Shown here one piece after another: positions 38,101 through 49,438 of a stretch of DNA of 64,000 bases. Within the stretch, counting starts at the first letter, position 1; each line of letters begins with the position of its first letter. The notes beneath the pieces were generated by a model. The model had not been told where the DNA came from, made no database searches, and worked only from the letters and a program-made list of their open reading frames with translations. The position numbers and the translations under genes were made by a program. Source of the stretch: a virus; the IMG/VR virus record IMGVR_UViG_3300022602_000028. One strand, 5' to 3'.

Positions 38101-41100
38101 TAGAATCAGCAACAAATCCTGCGCCAATTACAGTCATTCCTGGAACGATGCCAACTGTGCTAGCTACAGTTAATGTTGTCGATGGAATATATGCACCTGC
38201 TGGAGGGTAGTAATTAGTCTGGATTGAGACGGATTGGTGTGCTATATTTGCACTAACTACTGGCAATACATCATACAAATTAAATGGATAACTTGTAGTA
38301 ACACCATCTGATGTGTAAGCATCAGTATTTAAAACTGAATGGTATACATTAATGTCAACTCCTGCTACTGGAGTATATGGTAATGTAAATGAATGTGTAT
38401 TGGCAGAAACTGTTACAATATAATCATTGAATGTAGGATCTGCGCTGTCCCATTTATCGCTATAGTACGGCAACGTTCCCCAGCCTGTAGCTACATCAAA
38501 CCCTAGCCCATTTACAATAACTCCTCCGTAATCAATTCCAGTCATCAATTGTGCAAAATCTGTACCTAACGATCCGTTACTTGATTTATAATAATATTTT
38601 ATTCTATCATTAGCATTTAGTAAAGATTCATCTTTAATATAATTTACAACAATTATAGATCCTGTAGCAGGAGCTGTTAAAAATGTTATTAATCCAGAAT
38701 ATTGTGTGTAACCATTAGTAGTGGTTGTTTTTACAGCTAATGTGTACGAATCTCTAAGAATTAGCACACCGTCAACTGTTACTGAAGAATTTCCAACTTT
38801 AATATCTGGTGCCCATGTTAGATTAAATTGTAATATTCCAGATCTGCCGGTAAATGTTTGACTTACATCTAACTGTGTAATATAATACGAATATGTAGTT
38901 CTATCAAATTTAATTTTAATTAAATTGCTTCTAACTACACTATTTCCAATAATTGCAATTGCAGTAGCTTGTTTACCACTTACTGATAATCCACCGCTTA
39001 GTGTTACAGTTGGAGCTGACAAATAACCTGAACCTGGTGTTAGTATTATAATTCGATTAACAACTCCGTTAGCAAAAAATGCACGGGCTGTTGCTCCGCT
39101 ACCTGAATCACTAGTAATAGTTACTACCGGTTCTGAAATATATCCAGTACCGCCGTCTACAATTTTAAGTTCAGTTATTGAAAATCCAACATTATCTAAC
39201 CAGTTTTTCCAAGGATAAGTTTGTATGTTAGCATCATCCGCTTGTATCTTACCATTGCTTACATAAGCATTGATAATTGTTTCCATGCCATCTTCATATA
39301 TTGGAGGAATATCAAAGTCAGTAACTAAAGTATGTTCGTAATCTGTTCCAGAAAATGCGCTGACATATTCTCTTACGGTACTACGATACGGTACTACCTC
39401 AGAAATATAATCTTGAAAATTACTTAAATTATCAGGTTTATAAGTTACCGGTTGATCTAATACTCCAAGATTATGTGTAGATTTAACAAAACTTGTTTTA
39501 AAGATCCAATCTAAATATAGTTGTTCGCTAAGTGCATATCGAACTGTGGTAAAGAACAAATCTAAATAATTTTGTTTTAAATCATCTATAAAAATATTAT
39601 TTTTCAATGTTTGTAGAATAATTCTTAATTCTACAGAAGGGTTATTATCGTATACAACATTATCATATATCGAACCGTCGTATCCAATATTTGTGTCGAT
39701 ACTTTCATAAAGAGTAGATTTTAATTGAATAGTTCCGTTTTGTAATCCAACAATTTTATAAGACTGTGTCCAATCTGTCGATGCAGAAGTTGCATATTTT
39801 TCTAATAGCACCCAGCCGCCTGAATTTGCATTTCTAATTTTAACAACTTGATTCACGGTTGTGTTAATAGAGTTCAATCCGTAATAATTGTCAACAGCAA
39901 AATCGATAGCCGAAAATTGATTAAACCCTGTTGCATACCAATCAGCGTATGCCCAGAAATTTCTAGTATCATAACTTTGTGTTCTAACTCTTGCCCAAGT
40001 GTTATCAACTGGATTATAAGAATATATACTCCAAAATCCTTCAGCTTGGCTATCACTTTCAACTAATACACTAAAATCCCTCACAGAAGCTGTTGTGTTA
40101 TTAGTATAACCTTCGCCGCTATTTAAAACAGATGCGCCGGTAATTTGGCCCGCTGAATTAATAGTAGATCTGACTACTGCGCCAACTCCTGAACCTGTTA
40201 TAGTAATATATGGAGCATACAAGTACCCTCGGCCGGCATTTATAATAGTAATGCCTATAATTTTACCATCTGCAATTACCGGAGTTCCTAATACTGGTCG
40301 AACATATCCGCCAGTGTTAATTAATGGAATTTCAACTTCAGATGTTTTAATCAAATCAAACAATCCAGTTATTACACTAGGTAGGGTTTCATAAGATTGT
40401 AAATTTGAAATATTTTTATTTTTTGTTATTTGATTTGCAGATAACACAATATTTGCATGGTCAACAAATTCTTTAAGAGCTTCAAATCTGTTTACAAACA
40501 TACTTTGTCTTGGTCTGTTTTCAACACCATATTTTAATTTAACAGGAAGTGTTGAGTCTGGAACATCACGTCCAACTGAATCTTTTCCGCAAAGACTATC
40601 GATCCATTTTTGCTCAATTAACTTAGGAAGTGTTGTTATAGGATCGTTGCTTATTAATTTAAATTGTTGATGAATATTTTGATCTGTTTTATCTATTAAC
40701 CAGTATTCTACTGATAAGACAACATCACTGTTATTCAAATTATTTGATACATTAATTAAACTAAAACTATTAGTACCAGTTAATGCCAAATAAGGATAGT
40801 TGTATCCTCTTGGATTTGAAATAAGTGTAGACACATCGGACGCTGAAATATTTCGACCTGAAACATTTGGAATCGTAGTTTTGTTTTTAACCCAGAAATA
40901 ATAAGTATATCTTGTTGTTTGACTTAGTGTGTCATAACGAGATCTCTTACTATAAACGTTATTGCCATATAAACTTGTTCCGCTAATATTTGCGGCTAAT
41001 CCAGCAACTGTTCCAGATTGTTGATCCCATACAGCAGGCAATACTGAAGACTCAACCCATTCGTAAATGTCAATGCTTGCACCAGTTGCTAGTGTATTCC

Positions 41101-44100
41101 AACTGCTATTTCTATAAATTACATCATTGTCATACGCATCTATGAATTTAGCTGTACTTAAATTCCACCATAACATACCTACTTTAGATTTAGTCCAGGC
41201 TTGTTGACTGTCTGTCACTACGGTAAATGTGCCAGTCGAATCAGAATAAATTGCAGGATCATAAAATGTTTTAAATTTTATTTCTTCATCTGCAAGGCCT
41301 GCAATTTTCCCCTGAGCAACATCAATAATATCTAAGTATTGTATTAAAGTTCCTAATTTTTTATTATATAAGAATGCTTTTTTAATTTTGTTAGGATTAG
41401 GTTTGTCTACTTCGTAGTGTAATACATTCCAACTATAAGAATTTAAATTTTTAGAATAATCATAAATTTTTCCAGACTTAAATCCAGAATCTAAACTGTA
41501 AGGTGCACCTACTAATATATGATTTGCACCTACAGCAAATCCAAGTCCATATCCGTCTGTTGTTTGACTGCTAGTTTGTAATGTTTCGCTGTACACCCAC
41601 TTGTTTGCATATCTATCATAAACATCAATTCGTCCGCTATTAGTATGCTGTGCGCTGAACGCGGTAGATTTTTTATCAAAGGTAGTTGTTATCGTATCAA
41701 AGGTAGTCAATTGACTAGTGTCTTCGTCTTGGCTATATACCACAATAGTATTTTCGCCGTTCATAAAACTTAAATTAGTTCCAAAATATCCAGAAGATTT
41801 AGCTGAATGATTTGTTAGACTTTGATAATAATTAAATTGATTATTACTAGAATTAAATTTATAAATTGTAACACTACCTTGATCAATTTTAGTTACCGTA
41901 GTAATTATATCTCCAATTGCTAGATAATTACCAGAATCTGTCAAAGTTAATGCTACTCCAAAAAATACGTCAGATCCTGTAATTATCTGTGTAGGAGTAA
42001 TAGTAGGCGTGCCTTTATAAACATAAACAGATCCGTAAGAATTGTTTGCTAATCCAGATGCTACTAATACAGTATTATCTGCACTGATATTAAATTTAGT
42101 TGCATACGCAGATGTTCCGGTAGGACTTAAATAAACATTAATCGAATCTAATACCCAACTAGTTGTAGTAAATGATATAATTCCTGAAGGAATTGATGTT
42201 GGCGCAAGACTTAATTCTAATAATGTAGAACTTAATACGCTAACTACATACTGATTAGTAAATCCAACACCTGACACTGTCATTCCAGCACGTATACCAA
42301 TAGTAGAAGTCAGACTTAATGTTGTTCCGGTCGATCCTACTGGATTATAAGGCGAAGACGCATTTATTACTGTAGCATAATTAAATCTTCTTATAACTCC
42401 GACATGTCCCGCTTGTGTTGTATATCCTGGTGCAGAAATATACATGGAATTTGTTCCAAATTTAATACTATTTCCAAAATGTTCAGTGTTCTGTGGCTCT
42501 GGACTAACAATATGATCAACTAAACTAAAAATATTATTGCCGTCTTTTTGGTACAGAGATACAAGACCTTGTTCACTAAATGCACTAGCAGTACCTGATG
42601 TATCCAATGGCACATAAGTTATTAATTTCCATTTAGTTAAATCGCTGGCCGGTGCTATTCCGGCAGAAGAATTTGCAATTGCTTGATAAAAGATTGGTGT
42701 ATAATTAGTATAAGATACCCTTACAATATCTCCTATTGTATAACTAGAAGATATATTCCATACTCCTTTAAATCTTGTCGGCACGTTGCCGGCTAAAGGA
42801 GATCCAACTGCTAACCATGATGCATCATCGCTTATTGCCAACACTGTTGATAAATTGCGAGCAATGTTTAGTCCAGATAAAGCAAGAGGTAACGAAATAG
42901 TTTGGCGTTCAATCCATGGGCTATCCTGGCCTGCCTTATCCCATATACGAATTTCTCCAGTATTCATAGCTGTAACAGCTATTTTACCGTTACCACTTAT
43001 TACTATATTTTTACCATAGTTTAAATTATCTATCGGGAATGTATTTGTAATTTCTGTTTGCGAGTATATTGGATTATAACTTAAAGTGGCCCATTTGCCG
43101 TTTGAATAATTTTCTACCCATACTTGTTGGTTAGCTGATAAATCATTATCAATAACATCGTCTAAATTGTCAGTAGTTTGTATTTTTTGACTTAAAAATC
43201 CATAAACTATCAGTTGTGCAGATTGTGTAAAAGGATTACTAATAGTTTTAATTAACGGTGCCGATACAGAGAACGAATTTAAATTAACTGATGTAATTTG
43301 ATAAAATCCAGCAATTGAAGCAACTTGGCTAATACCAACATATTGTCCAACTGTTAATGCTACTATATTTTCTGTAGTAAATGTTAATACCGAATTACTA
43401 AAAGATACCGATTGAATTTTTAAATTTAAATTTGTAAATTTATATACATTCCAAGAATTATTATCAAATGAAACTTGTATGTAACATCCGGCGTTGAACG
43501 TAGTTATATCGTATAATAATCCAGTGTCAGGATCAATACCTGTTATTTCTGATAACGTGCCTAAACTTTTGAACACTTCAGAATTTCTTACAAATCCGGC
43601 ACTATTTAAAAACGGTATATAGTTAGTAGTTAGCGGCCAAGGTGCCGAAGCATAACCTAACGGTTTTAAATAAATGTCGTTGGGAGTTTGTCTTATAACA
43701 AAATCGTTTACTAATGTATAAGGAATTGAATTTACTAATTCAAACGCTTGTGGATTTGTAAAAAATGCTGATTGATTTAAAACAAATTCAATATTTTCAA
43801 ATGCCTTACTTGCGCCATACTGCCCTACACGTATTGCCCATTCTTCATAGAACGTTAAACTTTCTTGGTTGTCTGCACTAAGTACGTCAAATAATTTATT
43901 CAAGACATTTCTAGTACCTTTTTCTCTTATCATTCCTTGATAAAATTTATATTCACTTACATCGTCTTGTATAATTGTATCAAGATATTGACGTTTTTGG
44001 TATCCAATTAAATGTTGGGCTACTTGTTGTTGTTTAGAATCAAAATTATCGCTGTCAAGACTATAAAAATCTGTAAACTGTCCAGCTTTGTACGTCCAAT

Positions 44101-47100
44101 TTGGCAACAGTTGTGTGCTAGGTTTAGAGTCTAATTTAATCCAATCACTGTCGACAAAGGTTGCAGTCCCTGCTAAAAATTTGCTGGCAGTATAATAAAA
44201 TTCTTTATGCTTTACAATATCACCTAAATCATAATCAGTCCATTCTGACCATTCTGTAATTTTAGCTAAGTCTAAAATGAATCCAGGTATATCAAATCCG
44301 CCATACCAATCTATACTAACATATCCAGATACTTTAATTCTGTCTTGTTTATAACCTGTGGGAGGATTATATATTGTATCATTAAACATTGTAGTATTAT
44401 TCAACAATACTACATGCTCATGCTGTATTAAGTAAAATGTTGCTCCGTATATTCCATCAGCTGTTCGTGGGCTATAGCTTACTGCATTATCAGATCTGTA
44501 AGAATTTATAAAAATTGCTTCTAATGGCGTGCCATCTACTTTATAAATTTCATATCCGTTAAATTGATTTCTAATATCGTCTACTACACTCAACGGAGTG
44601 TTAAAAATTATCTTATCTGCCGCTGGGCTTAGACTTATTACAGAACTTCCTATAGAACTTAGCCCATCTATTTTTACAAAATTCTTTGATTGGAAGTTAA
44701 CATCTGGTAAAACATTACTAATAGCTTTATAATATTCTCCGTTATATCTTACAATATCATTATAGACAAATGATTTATTTGGCAACCAGTCGTCCCACTT
44801 ATCTTGTCCTGTACTCCAGTTTTGTGTAGTCCAGAATAAAAATTCTTTGGCGCTAGTTTCCCAATTGGTAACGGCATTTAAATTACTATTAAATTCGTCA
44901 AAGATAAATCCTTGATCTTTTAAATACTCTCCGTATCCTAAAAGAAAATCTACTACATCTTGTATTGTTGAAAATTCTGATCCGTAAGGAACTGTTATTG
45001 GTGCAGTTCTATCCCATGTTTTTCTAAATATTGCGGACTTGCCGCCGATAATAGGAACGCTACCTATAGCTGTAAAGTATTGTGGTTGGAAAACAGTTGT
45101 CGACAAATGAGATGTTCTAACTTGATAATATTGATTAATATATTTTACAATTTTACCTGCCACGTAGTTTTCATTTTCTGTCCATACCGTAAAAGCTTCA
45201 GTTATTCCACCAATAGTAACTGTTGCTCCAGATTGCAAATAAGGATAATACACAAAATAAGGCTGAGTTCTGTTATAACCTTTAACTTCAAATCCGTTTG
45301 TAAGTTTTGTTATAACTACACCACTGTAAGAAATTGATTTAATAGGACTAGATTTATTTAAAATAATGCTATAATCTTCTTGAGGAACAAATACGCTTCC
45401 TGTACTTAGAGGAGTCTTACTATCTAGAATTAAATTAAATTTTTCTTTGCTAGTGAACGCTCCTACACGATGACTAATCTGCGTTTGAATATTAGTTAAA
45501 TCATAAACATAGGCAGAATATAAAGTAGTAGTATCACTTAAAATATAATTTATAATATAATTTATAATACCAGAAGTTTGCACTCGAGTGTTGCTAGTTG
45601 TAACGCTAGGCAAGACTACATCTGTAGGACGAATTCTTAAACCCGTAGGCGAATAAATTAGCTGACCAGCTATATTTCTTACAATTCTCGATCTGTCCAA
45701 TAATACTCCAAATGTTTTTGCAGGAGTCAATAATAAACTAGTTAGTAATATACTAAAAGGATAATGACTACTTCTACGCCATGCAGATTCTACTGGGCCA
45801 ACATCTCCAAATATAAAACTTGAAGCTGTTTGATTTGTTATAGTACCACTTACTATACCAGCTTGAGATGGACTAATTAGATTTCCATCCTCATCAACTG
45901 GAATATGATTTACAAGATAAGATTTTTTATATTTAAAATTAACTGTGCTTGGAGATGTACCATCTCCTTTAATAATTCCGTTAGCAATGTCAGTCCACAT
46001 TACAAGATTATTGCTAGTATACGGACTTGGTCCGTATACTGAAGTCCACCAACTTGGCTCAATTGTAAATCCTAACATTTCCCAAGGACAAATATTTGGT
46101 CTATCAGTATCATAAAAATATTTGTACACTCCTCTCCAATAACCCGGAACATCTGTACCGGATGGAGAGCTTAATCCTCTATAATTATAAGTAAGAGGAT
46201 TGTTAGAATCATAAGAGGGATTTTTAGTGTAGTCAGTATCGACTAATAGTAACCATTTATAAAAATTAGGAGCTAAGACTTGATTAAATTCTGCTAAAGA
46301 ATAATCATTAGGTCTAGTATAACTTGGATAAATGTCAGCAATATCGTAAATATCAGTATTGTATGCAACTTTGATATTGTTAAAGATTCGTTTTTCTAAT
46401 TCTAAAATAACATCATCTCTGTAATCGCCATAAGCCAAAATCTGGCTTCCATCGTGTCCTTGGATTATTGTATTAGGCGTAATGAACGATGTGTCTAGAT
46501 ATATCTGAGGAGTAAATTTTGGATAAATTCCAAGTTTTGTCGGTGTTTCTGGAATAAAGCATCCGTCTGTACTTTCATATTCATAGATAGAAATAACATC
46601 TCCATTTGTCAACGCAAAAGTTATTGTAACAAACCCTTGTGTGTTAAACAAATAATCTCTACCATATATTAACTGCACATCATTTACATAAACCCCAACT
46701 GCATTGGGTGTTAAAGTATCTAAACTAAATGCGTTGTTTAATGGATAAATTTGTATTCTATAATCAATTACAGTAATTACTGTTTCCACACTGCTACCAT
46801 AGGGCGCCATATCACTAAAATAGTATGGTTGAGAATTTGTTTTATCAGAATTAATAATTTTTAAAATTTCGTCAACTTGTTTGCGAGGAGTATCAGAAGT
46901 GTTAAGTGATTCTGCAATTGATATAAATGTTTTTTTAAATTTAATATAATCATCTCTACTTTTTTCAATAGCTCTAATAACATTATTTGTTTGGTTAGTG
47001 ATATGATATACATTTAAACTTGCTGGAGCACTATGTTGTACAAACTTGGTACCATATTGTGTAATATTACCTAAATCTCTAATGTTAGTATAAGAAGAAT

Positions 47101-49438
47101 CTGGAATATGTTCAACAATAGAGTTAACATGGTCTAATACTTCGCCAAGTGTAAAGTCTGTTAGCTGATCGTTTAACGGATTATTTTGCAAGTTAACAGG
47201 GATTTCATAATATCCATTAGAATTAATTGGTTGAGATGCATACGCTTTAATTGTTAATACATCAGTTAAAGCTATAGGTGTATTCAGTTGTATTGTTTTA
47301 TAGAACGGACCTGTAACTATTGTATAAGAATTATTACTTAAGAAAATTCCGTTAACATATACTTTTATTTGTAGATCATTTAAGTTTGAAATATCATCAA
47401 ATATATCTATATTAAAATTATTTGTTAAATTAGAATTTTTATAAATTCTAATAGCCGCTTGAACTGTAGTTGAATTACAAATTTGCCAACCATTAAGATA
47501 CTCTACTTCTCCTGAATAAAGAGTATGACTTAAAAATCCAGTATTAATAGGAATAGTAACTAAAGTTATTTCATTTTTATATCTAAATGTATCTGAATTT
47601 AGATTAAAATTAAAAGAAATATCTCCAATATTTGAAATGTTTTTATAACTTAAAGCAAATCCTAAATACGGATCTGTTGCTCCGCTAGATGCAATTTTAT
47701 AAGAAAATAATTCAGTTCCGACAAAAGTCGACCCATCATAAGTTGATAAATTTCCAAAACTAATACCATTAGAATCTACTATATCAAACAACGGCGGCTG
47801 ATTAGTTTTAGTTTTAGTCTGCGTTTTAATCCAAGTTGTGCCATCGTACCAATACATTAATCCTTGATTTACTGATCCAGTTTTAATTAAAACTACTTGG
47901 TTTTCTAAAGGTTGTGCTAGTTCTACTAAATGAATTTGTTTGCTGTTAGTATTTAAATGTAACACATCCACAAATTTAACTTGATATATATTGTTTTTTA
48001 CGAGACGATCTGTATCTGCTGTAAACAATATCTTTTGGCCTTCGCTTAGTGAAACACCATCTATACTATATCCGTGACTGCCTTCGATTGTAGAAAATAC
48101 ATCTTTTGTAAAATTATCAATTAAATCAATATCGCCAATTGCAGTAGTACCAAAATTAAATAATTTTAAGTTAGGTTGAAATTCTATAATGGGGCGTACT
48201 GCTCTTAGAGTTTGATCAGTACTCGATACATGTCCGTTAAATGTGGCACTTGCATTAATTACATCTTTGTGAAACCATCGATTGTATCGGCTCCATGGAT
48301 TATAATCGACGCTTGCTCGATTAATAGTGATATAATCTTTTAATTGAGCAAACGCTGTTGTATCGCTAAACGCATTGCTATCAAATAAATCGCTATCAAA
48401 TAAAATAGTTTGTTCAATAGTATATACACTGGTAACTTCTAACACTTCTTTATTTGTTAGTGTTATAGCAGTGCCAACACCCTCAACATAATACTCCCCA
48501 GATGCATAGCTAGCCGGTGTCACATTGCCACCAAATGATACTTTCATACCATTACTAAGTTTAGTGCCGTCTGATAAAGTATATGATGCTTTTCCTAATA
48601 ATTCATTTTGAACATCAATATAAGTATCGTCTTCTATTGATAATATTTCAAACACGCCGCCTAAACTTAAATTGCGATCGCTTTGATAATATAAGATGCT
48701 AGGCGCATCTAGTGGAACTTGGAACACTATTGATCCAGATTGCACCGATTGACTAGTAACTCCAGTATTATATAAATCGGTGTTTACTAAAGATCGAGCT
48801 ACTCGGATACTAATTGGATCTCCTACACTATTAATATTAAATGTGTATGTTTGTCCTCTATATAACTTTATAGAAGGATTGGGTGTTAGCCCGTCAGGCG
48901 TGAACACTAATTGATTATTTGAAGCTTCTAATTTTAAATCAACAGTATAAGTGCTGTTGACATTTAGTTTATGTCCGTAAATTCTAATAGTCTCGGGTCC
49001 GTACGGTAACCAATAATAGTTTTGGAAATTAACAAATTTATCCCAATCAATATGTGGATCCCAACTATAAAATTCTTGCTTATTCAATCGACTATGGTTT
49101 GAAACATTGGCTTCAAACACATTTAATTGATTAATATAATCGATATAATCTTTAAAAAAGATATTATTGCCTAGTGGATCATTAATAGTGAAACTAGGTT
49201 CAAGTTGATAATTTTGTCTATCTTGACTAGCGGCTTGTAAAAAAATATCAGAACCGGTCGTTGCTTTAGCATTTTCTCTACCAACGTAGCCGTTAACTTT
49301 TTTAACAACACCAGGTTGTGTTAGCTGGTCGATGGTAGCTTGTAAAAATCTTTTATTAGCATCAGTTTTGTAAACGTTTGGTAATAAATCTGATGATAGA
49401 TTTTTTTTATCGCCGTATGGGTTGGTAAGATCAGCCAT
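35108..49438 (-). CDS. giant (4776 aa) baseplate/virion structural protein
   Basis: Uninterrupted 14.3-kb ORF directly downstream of the gp6-like gene; G.GY...P.VTI repeats, FG-GAP-like and CBM-like modules. Confidence 0.8.
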   Translation of the reverse strand: MADLTNPYGDKKNLSSDLLPNVYKTDANKRFLQATIDQLTQPGVVKKVNGYVGRENAKATTGSDIFLQAASQDRQNYQLEPSFTINDPLGNNIFFKDYIDYINQLNVFEANVSNHSRLNKQEFYSWDPHIDWDKFVNFQNYYWLPYGPETIRIYGHKLNVNSTYTVDLKLEASNNQLVFTPDGLTPNPSIKLYRGQTYTFNINSVGDPISIRVARSLVNTDLYNTGVTSQSVQSGSIVFQVPLDAPSILYYQSDRNLSLGGVFEILSIEDDTYIDVQNELLGKASYTLSDGTKLSNGMKVSFGGNVTPASYASGEYYVEGVGTAITLTNKEVLEVTSVYTIEQTILFDSDLFDSNAFSDTTAFAQLKDYITINRASVDYNPWSRYNRWFHKDVINASATFNGHVSSTDQTLRAVRPIIEFQPNLKLFNFGTTAIGDIDLIDNFTKDVFSTIEGSHGYSIDGVSLSEGQKILFTADTDRLVKNNIYQVKFVDVLHLNTNSKQIHLVELAQPLENQVVLIKTGSVNQGLMYWYDGTTWIKTQTKTKTNQPPLFDIVDSNGISFGNLSTYDGSTFVGTELFSYKIASSGATDPYLGFALSYKNISNIGDISFNFNLNSDTFRYKNEITLVTIPINTGFLSHTLYSGEVEYLNGWQICNSTTVQAAIRIYKNSNLTNNFNIDIFDDISNLNDLQIKVYVNGIFLSNNSYTIVTGPFYKTIQLNTPIALTDVLTIKAYASQPINSNGYYEIPVNLQNNPLNDQLTDFTLGEVLDHVNSIVEHIPDSSYTNIRDLGNITQYGTKFVQHSAPASLNVYHITNQTNNVIRAIEKSRDDYIKFKKTFISIAESLNTSDTPRKQVDEILKIINSDKTNSQPYYFSDMAPYGSSVETVITVIDYRIQIYPLNNAFSLDTLTPNAVGVYVNDVQLIYGRDYLFNTQGFVTITFALTNGDVISIYEYESTDGCFIPETPTKLGIYPKFTPQIYLDTSFITPNTIIQGHDGSQILAYGDYRDDVILELEKRIFNNIKVAYNTDIYDIADIYPSYTRPNDYSLAEFNQVLAPNFYKWLLLVDTDYTKNPSYDSNNPLTYNYRGLSSPSGTDVPGYWRGVYKYFYDTDRPNICPWEMLGFTIEPSWWTSVYGPSPYTSNNLVMWTDIANGIIKGDGTSPSTVNFKYKKSYLVNHIPVDEDGNLISPSQAGIVSGTITNQTASSFIFGDVGPVESAWRRSSHYPFSILLTSLLLTPAKTFGVLLDRSRIVRNIAGQLIYSPTGLRIRPTDVVLPSVTTSNTRVQTSGIINYIINYILSDTTTLYSAYVYDLTNIQTQISHRVGAFTSKEKFNLILDSKTPLSTGSVFVPQEDYSIILNKSSPIKSISYSGVVITKLTNGFEVKGYNRTQPYFVYYPYLQSGATVTIGGITEAFTVWTENENYVAGKIVKYINQYYQVRTSHLSTTVFQPQYFTAIGSVPIIGGKSAIFRKTWDRTAPITVPYGSEFSTIQDVVDFLLGYGEYLKDQGFIFDEFNSNLNAVTNWETSAKEFLFWTTQNWSTGQDKWDDWLPNKSFVYNDIVRYNGEYYKAISNVLPDVNFQSKNFVKIDGLSSIGSSVISLSPAADKIIFNTPLSVVDDIRNQFNGYEIYKVDGTPLEAIFINSYRSDNAVSYSPRTADGIYGATFYLIQHEHVVLLNNTTMFNDTIYNPPTGYKQDRIKVSGYVSIDWYGGFDIPGFILDLAKITEWSEWTDYDLGDIVKHKEFYYTASKFLAGTATFVDSDWIKLDSKPSTQLLPNWTYKAGQFTDFYSLDSDNFDSKQQQVAQHLIGYQKRQYLDTIIQDDVSEYKFYQGMIREKGTRNVLNKLFDVLSADNQESLTFYEEWAIRVGQYGASKAFENIEFVLNQSAFFTNPQAFELVNSIPYTLVNDFVIRQTPNDIYLKPLGYASAPWPLTTNYIPFLNSAGFVRNSEVFKSLGTLSEITGIDPDTGLLYDITTFNAGCYIQVSFDNNSWNVYKFTNLNLKIQSVSFSNSVLTFTTENIVALTVGQYVGISQVASIAGFYQITSVNLNSFSVSAPLIKTISNPFTQSAQLIVYGFLSQKIQTTDNLDDVIDNDLSANQQVWVENYSNGKWATLSYNPIYSQTEITNTFPIDNLNYGKNIVISGNGKIAVTAMNTGEIRIWDKAGQDSPWIERQTISLPLALSGLNIARNLSTVLAISDDASWLAVGSPLAGNVPTRFKGVWNISSSYTIGDIVRVSYTNYTPIFYQAIANSSAGIAPASDLTKWKLITYVPLDTSGTASAFSEQGLVSLYQKDGNNIFSLVDHIVSPEPQNTEHFGNSIKFGTNSMYISAPGYTTQAGHVGVIRRFNYATVINASSPYNPVGSTGTTLSLTSTIGIRAGMTVSGVGFTNQYVVSVLSSTLLELSLAPTSIPSGIISFTTTSWVLDSINVYLSPTGTSAYATKFNISADNTVLVASGLANNSYGSVYVYKGTPTITPTQIITGSDVFFGVALTLTDSGNYLAIGDIITTVTKIDQGSVTIYKFNSSNNQFNYYQSLTNHSAKSSGYFGTNLSFMNGENTIVVYSQDEDTSQLTTFDTITTTFDKKSTAFSAQHTNSGRIDVYDRYANKWVYSETLQTSSQTTDGYGLGFAVGANHILVGAPYSLDSGFKSGKIYDYSKNLNSYSWNVLHYEVDKPNPNKIKKAFLYNKKLGTLIQYLDIIDVAQGKIAGLADEEIKFKTFYDPAIYSDSTGTFTVVTDSQQAWTKSKVGMLWWNLSTAKFIDAYDNDVIYRNSSWNTLATGASIDIYEWVESSVLPAVWDQQSGTVAGLAANISGTSLYGNNVYSKRSRYDTLSQTTRYTYYFWVKNKTTIPNVSGRNISASDVSTLISNPRGYNYPYLALTGTNSFSLINVSNNLNNSDVVLSVEYWLIDKTDQNIHQQFKLISNDPITTLPKLIEQKWIDSLCGKDSVGRDVPDSTLPVKLKYGVENRPRQSMFVNRFEALKEFVDHANIVLSANQITKNKNISNLQSYETLPSVITGLFDLIKTSEVEIPLINTGGYVRPVLGTPVIADGKIIGITIINAGRGYLYAPYITITGSGVGAVVRSTINSAGQITGASVLNSGEGYTNNTTASVRDFSVLVESDSQAEGFWSIYSYNPVDNTWARVRTQSYDTRNFWAYADWYATGFNQFSAIDFAVDNYYGLNSINTTVNQVVKIRNANSGGWVLLEKYATSASTDWTQSYKIVGLQNGTIQLKSTLYESIDTNIGYDGSIYDNVVYDNNPSVELRIILQTLKNNIFIDDLKQNYLDLFFTTVRYALSEQLYLDWIFKTSFVKSTHNLGVLDQPVTYKPDNLSNFQDYISEVVPYRSTVREYVSAFSGTDYEHTLVTDFDIPPIYEDGMETIINAYVSNGKIQADDANIQTYPWKNWLDNVGFSITELKIVDGGTGYISEPVVTITSDSGSGATARAFFANGVVNRIIILTPGSGYLSAPTVTLSGGLSVSGKQATAIAIIGNSVVRSNLIKIKFDRTTYSYYITQLDVSQTFTGRSGILQFNLTWAPDIKVGNSSVTVDGVLILRDSYTLAVKTTTTNGYTQYSGLITFLTAPATGSIIVVNYIKDESLLNANDRIKYYYKSSNGSLGTDFAQLMTGIDYGGVIVNGLGFDVATGWGTLPYYSDKWDSADPTFNDYIVTVSANTHSFTLPYTPVAGVDINVYHSVLNTDAYTSDGVTTSYPFNLYDVLPVVSANIAHQSVSIQTNYYPPAGAYIPSTTLTVASTVGIVPGMTVIGAGFVADSITLVPLQQVVSVINSTTLKLNIVPNTQPNGTLTFTKNVAKSTILALSSVAGIQIGDAVSTSAVSAFGQDTVVTAINSVTNEVTLNQITFVTILNSSSIVFSRSLSPIFSNYNAILSAPLTAGTNIIIKSYFDPVRIDDPNYGTMLQTNSNAVMSTPVMNGITSVITIPNTVIVTDGDRFILRQSTSDGSVKPLDQDYDTALSGGDMGYTTATGLAPEDIIVDGDDLISPTTSPAPEEVVPGQIVDTLAIKVFDQPNSGSANIKVDKYIADGNTVLFDITQPINNSRALIVKNNDSIVTYNTDYTVDYKNKQIKFNVAPIAGNIVSIFSFGFNGSNILDIDSFVGDGSTTEFLTKAPWTTYETSLVYVDGVASVIELFKTDSTYAASNRTGIRFGIAPAVGSVINYVIVSGTQQTFSIAKTEKIPTDGVNRVYNLFYPVGNVLPAESNMIVRVDQTILSSPINQYYTIANNELSYTVDEDRAIPYSITIDNILVYVSGVKLNLGTDYTINLGGITVTITKQNYNLYQGQILSISIIQNNGYAYLPNTQQISFSNVYNSSNVVEVISFYNHDILDVQRTAFNITTDISYIQNSVTYFNYTGLGAGILPLDRTVLNDSYVWITHNNTLLTPSLDYKISDDKKYVWLAQTPALNDVFSLMTFSSNVLTPGISYMQFKDMLNRVHFKRLSKNKQTQLANDLHYNDVVIQVIDASNFDKPNTALQKPGVVEIYGERIEFYQIDGNTLSQLRRGTQGTGTPQVHPIGTPVQDIGPSETLPYSESSTITTIISDGTNIVSLPFVPEKSNEIWTYSTGFTSTIPTGYGQSDQLEVFIAGYNDAIDWMPNVEYTVGIIIKVASYNYRCITSHTSSTNFLADSANWQFFIGNLRLKKKPYKVHNETIAPYSPAGDVQLDAEFAVDGVNSSLRLTNLIPAGTQITVVRRKGISWDSSLNIQYDNNNIATFLKATPGIWYSDKVGLTTSTTFTGSFDNSSAGFDDNTDQW

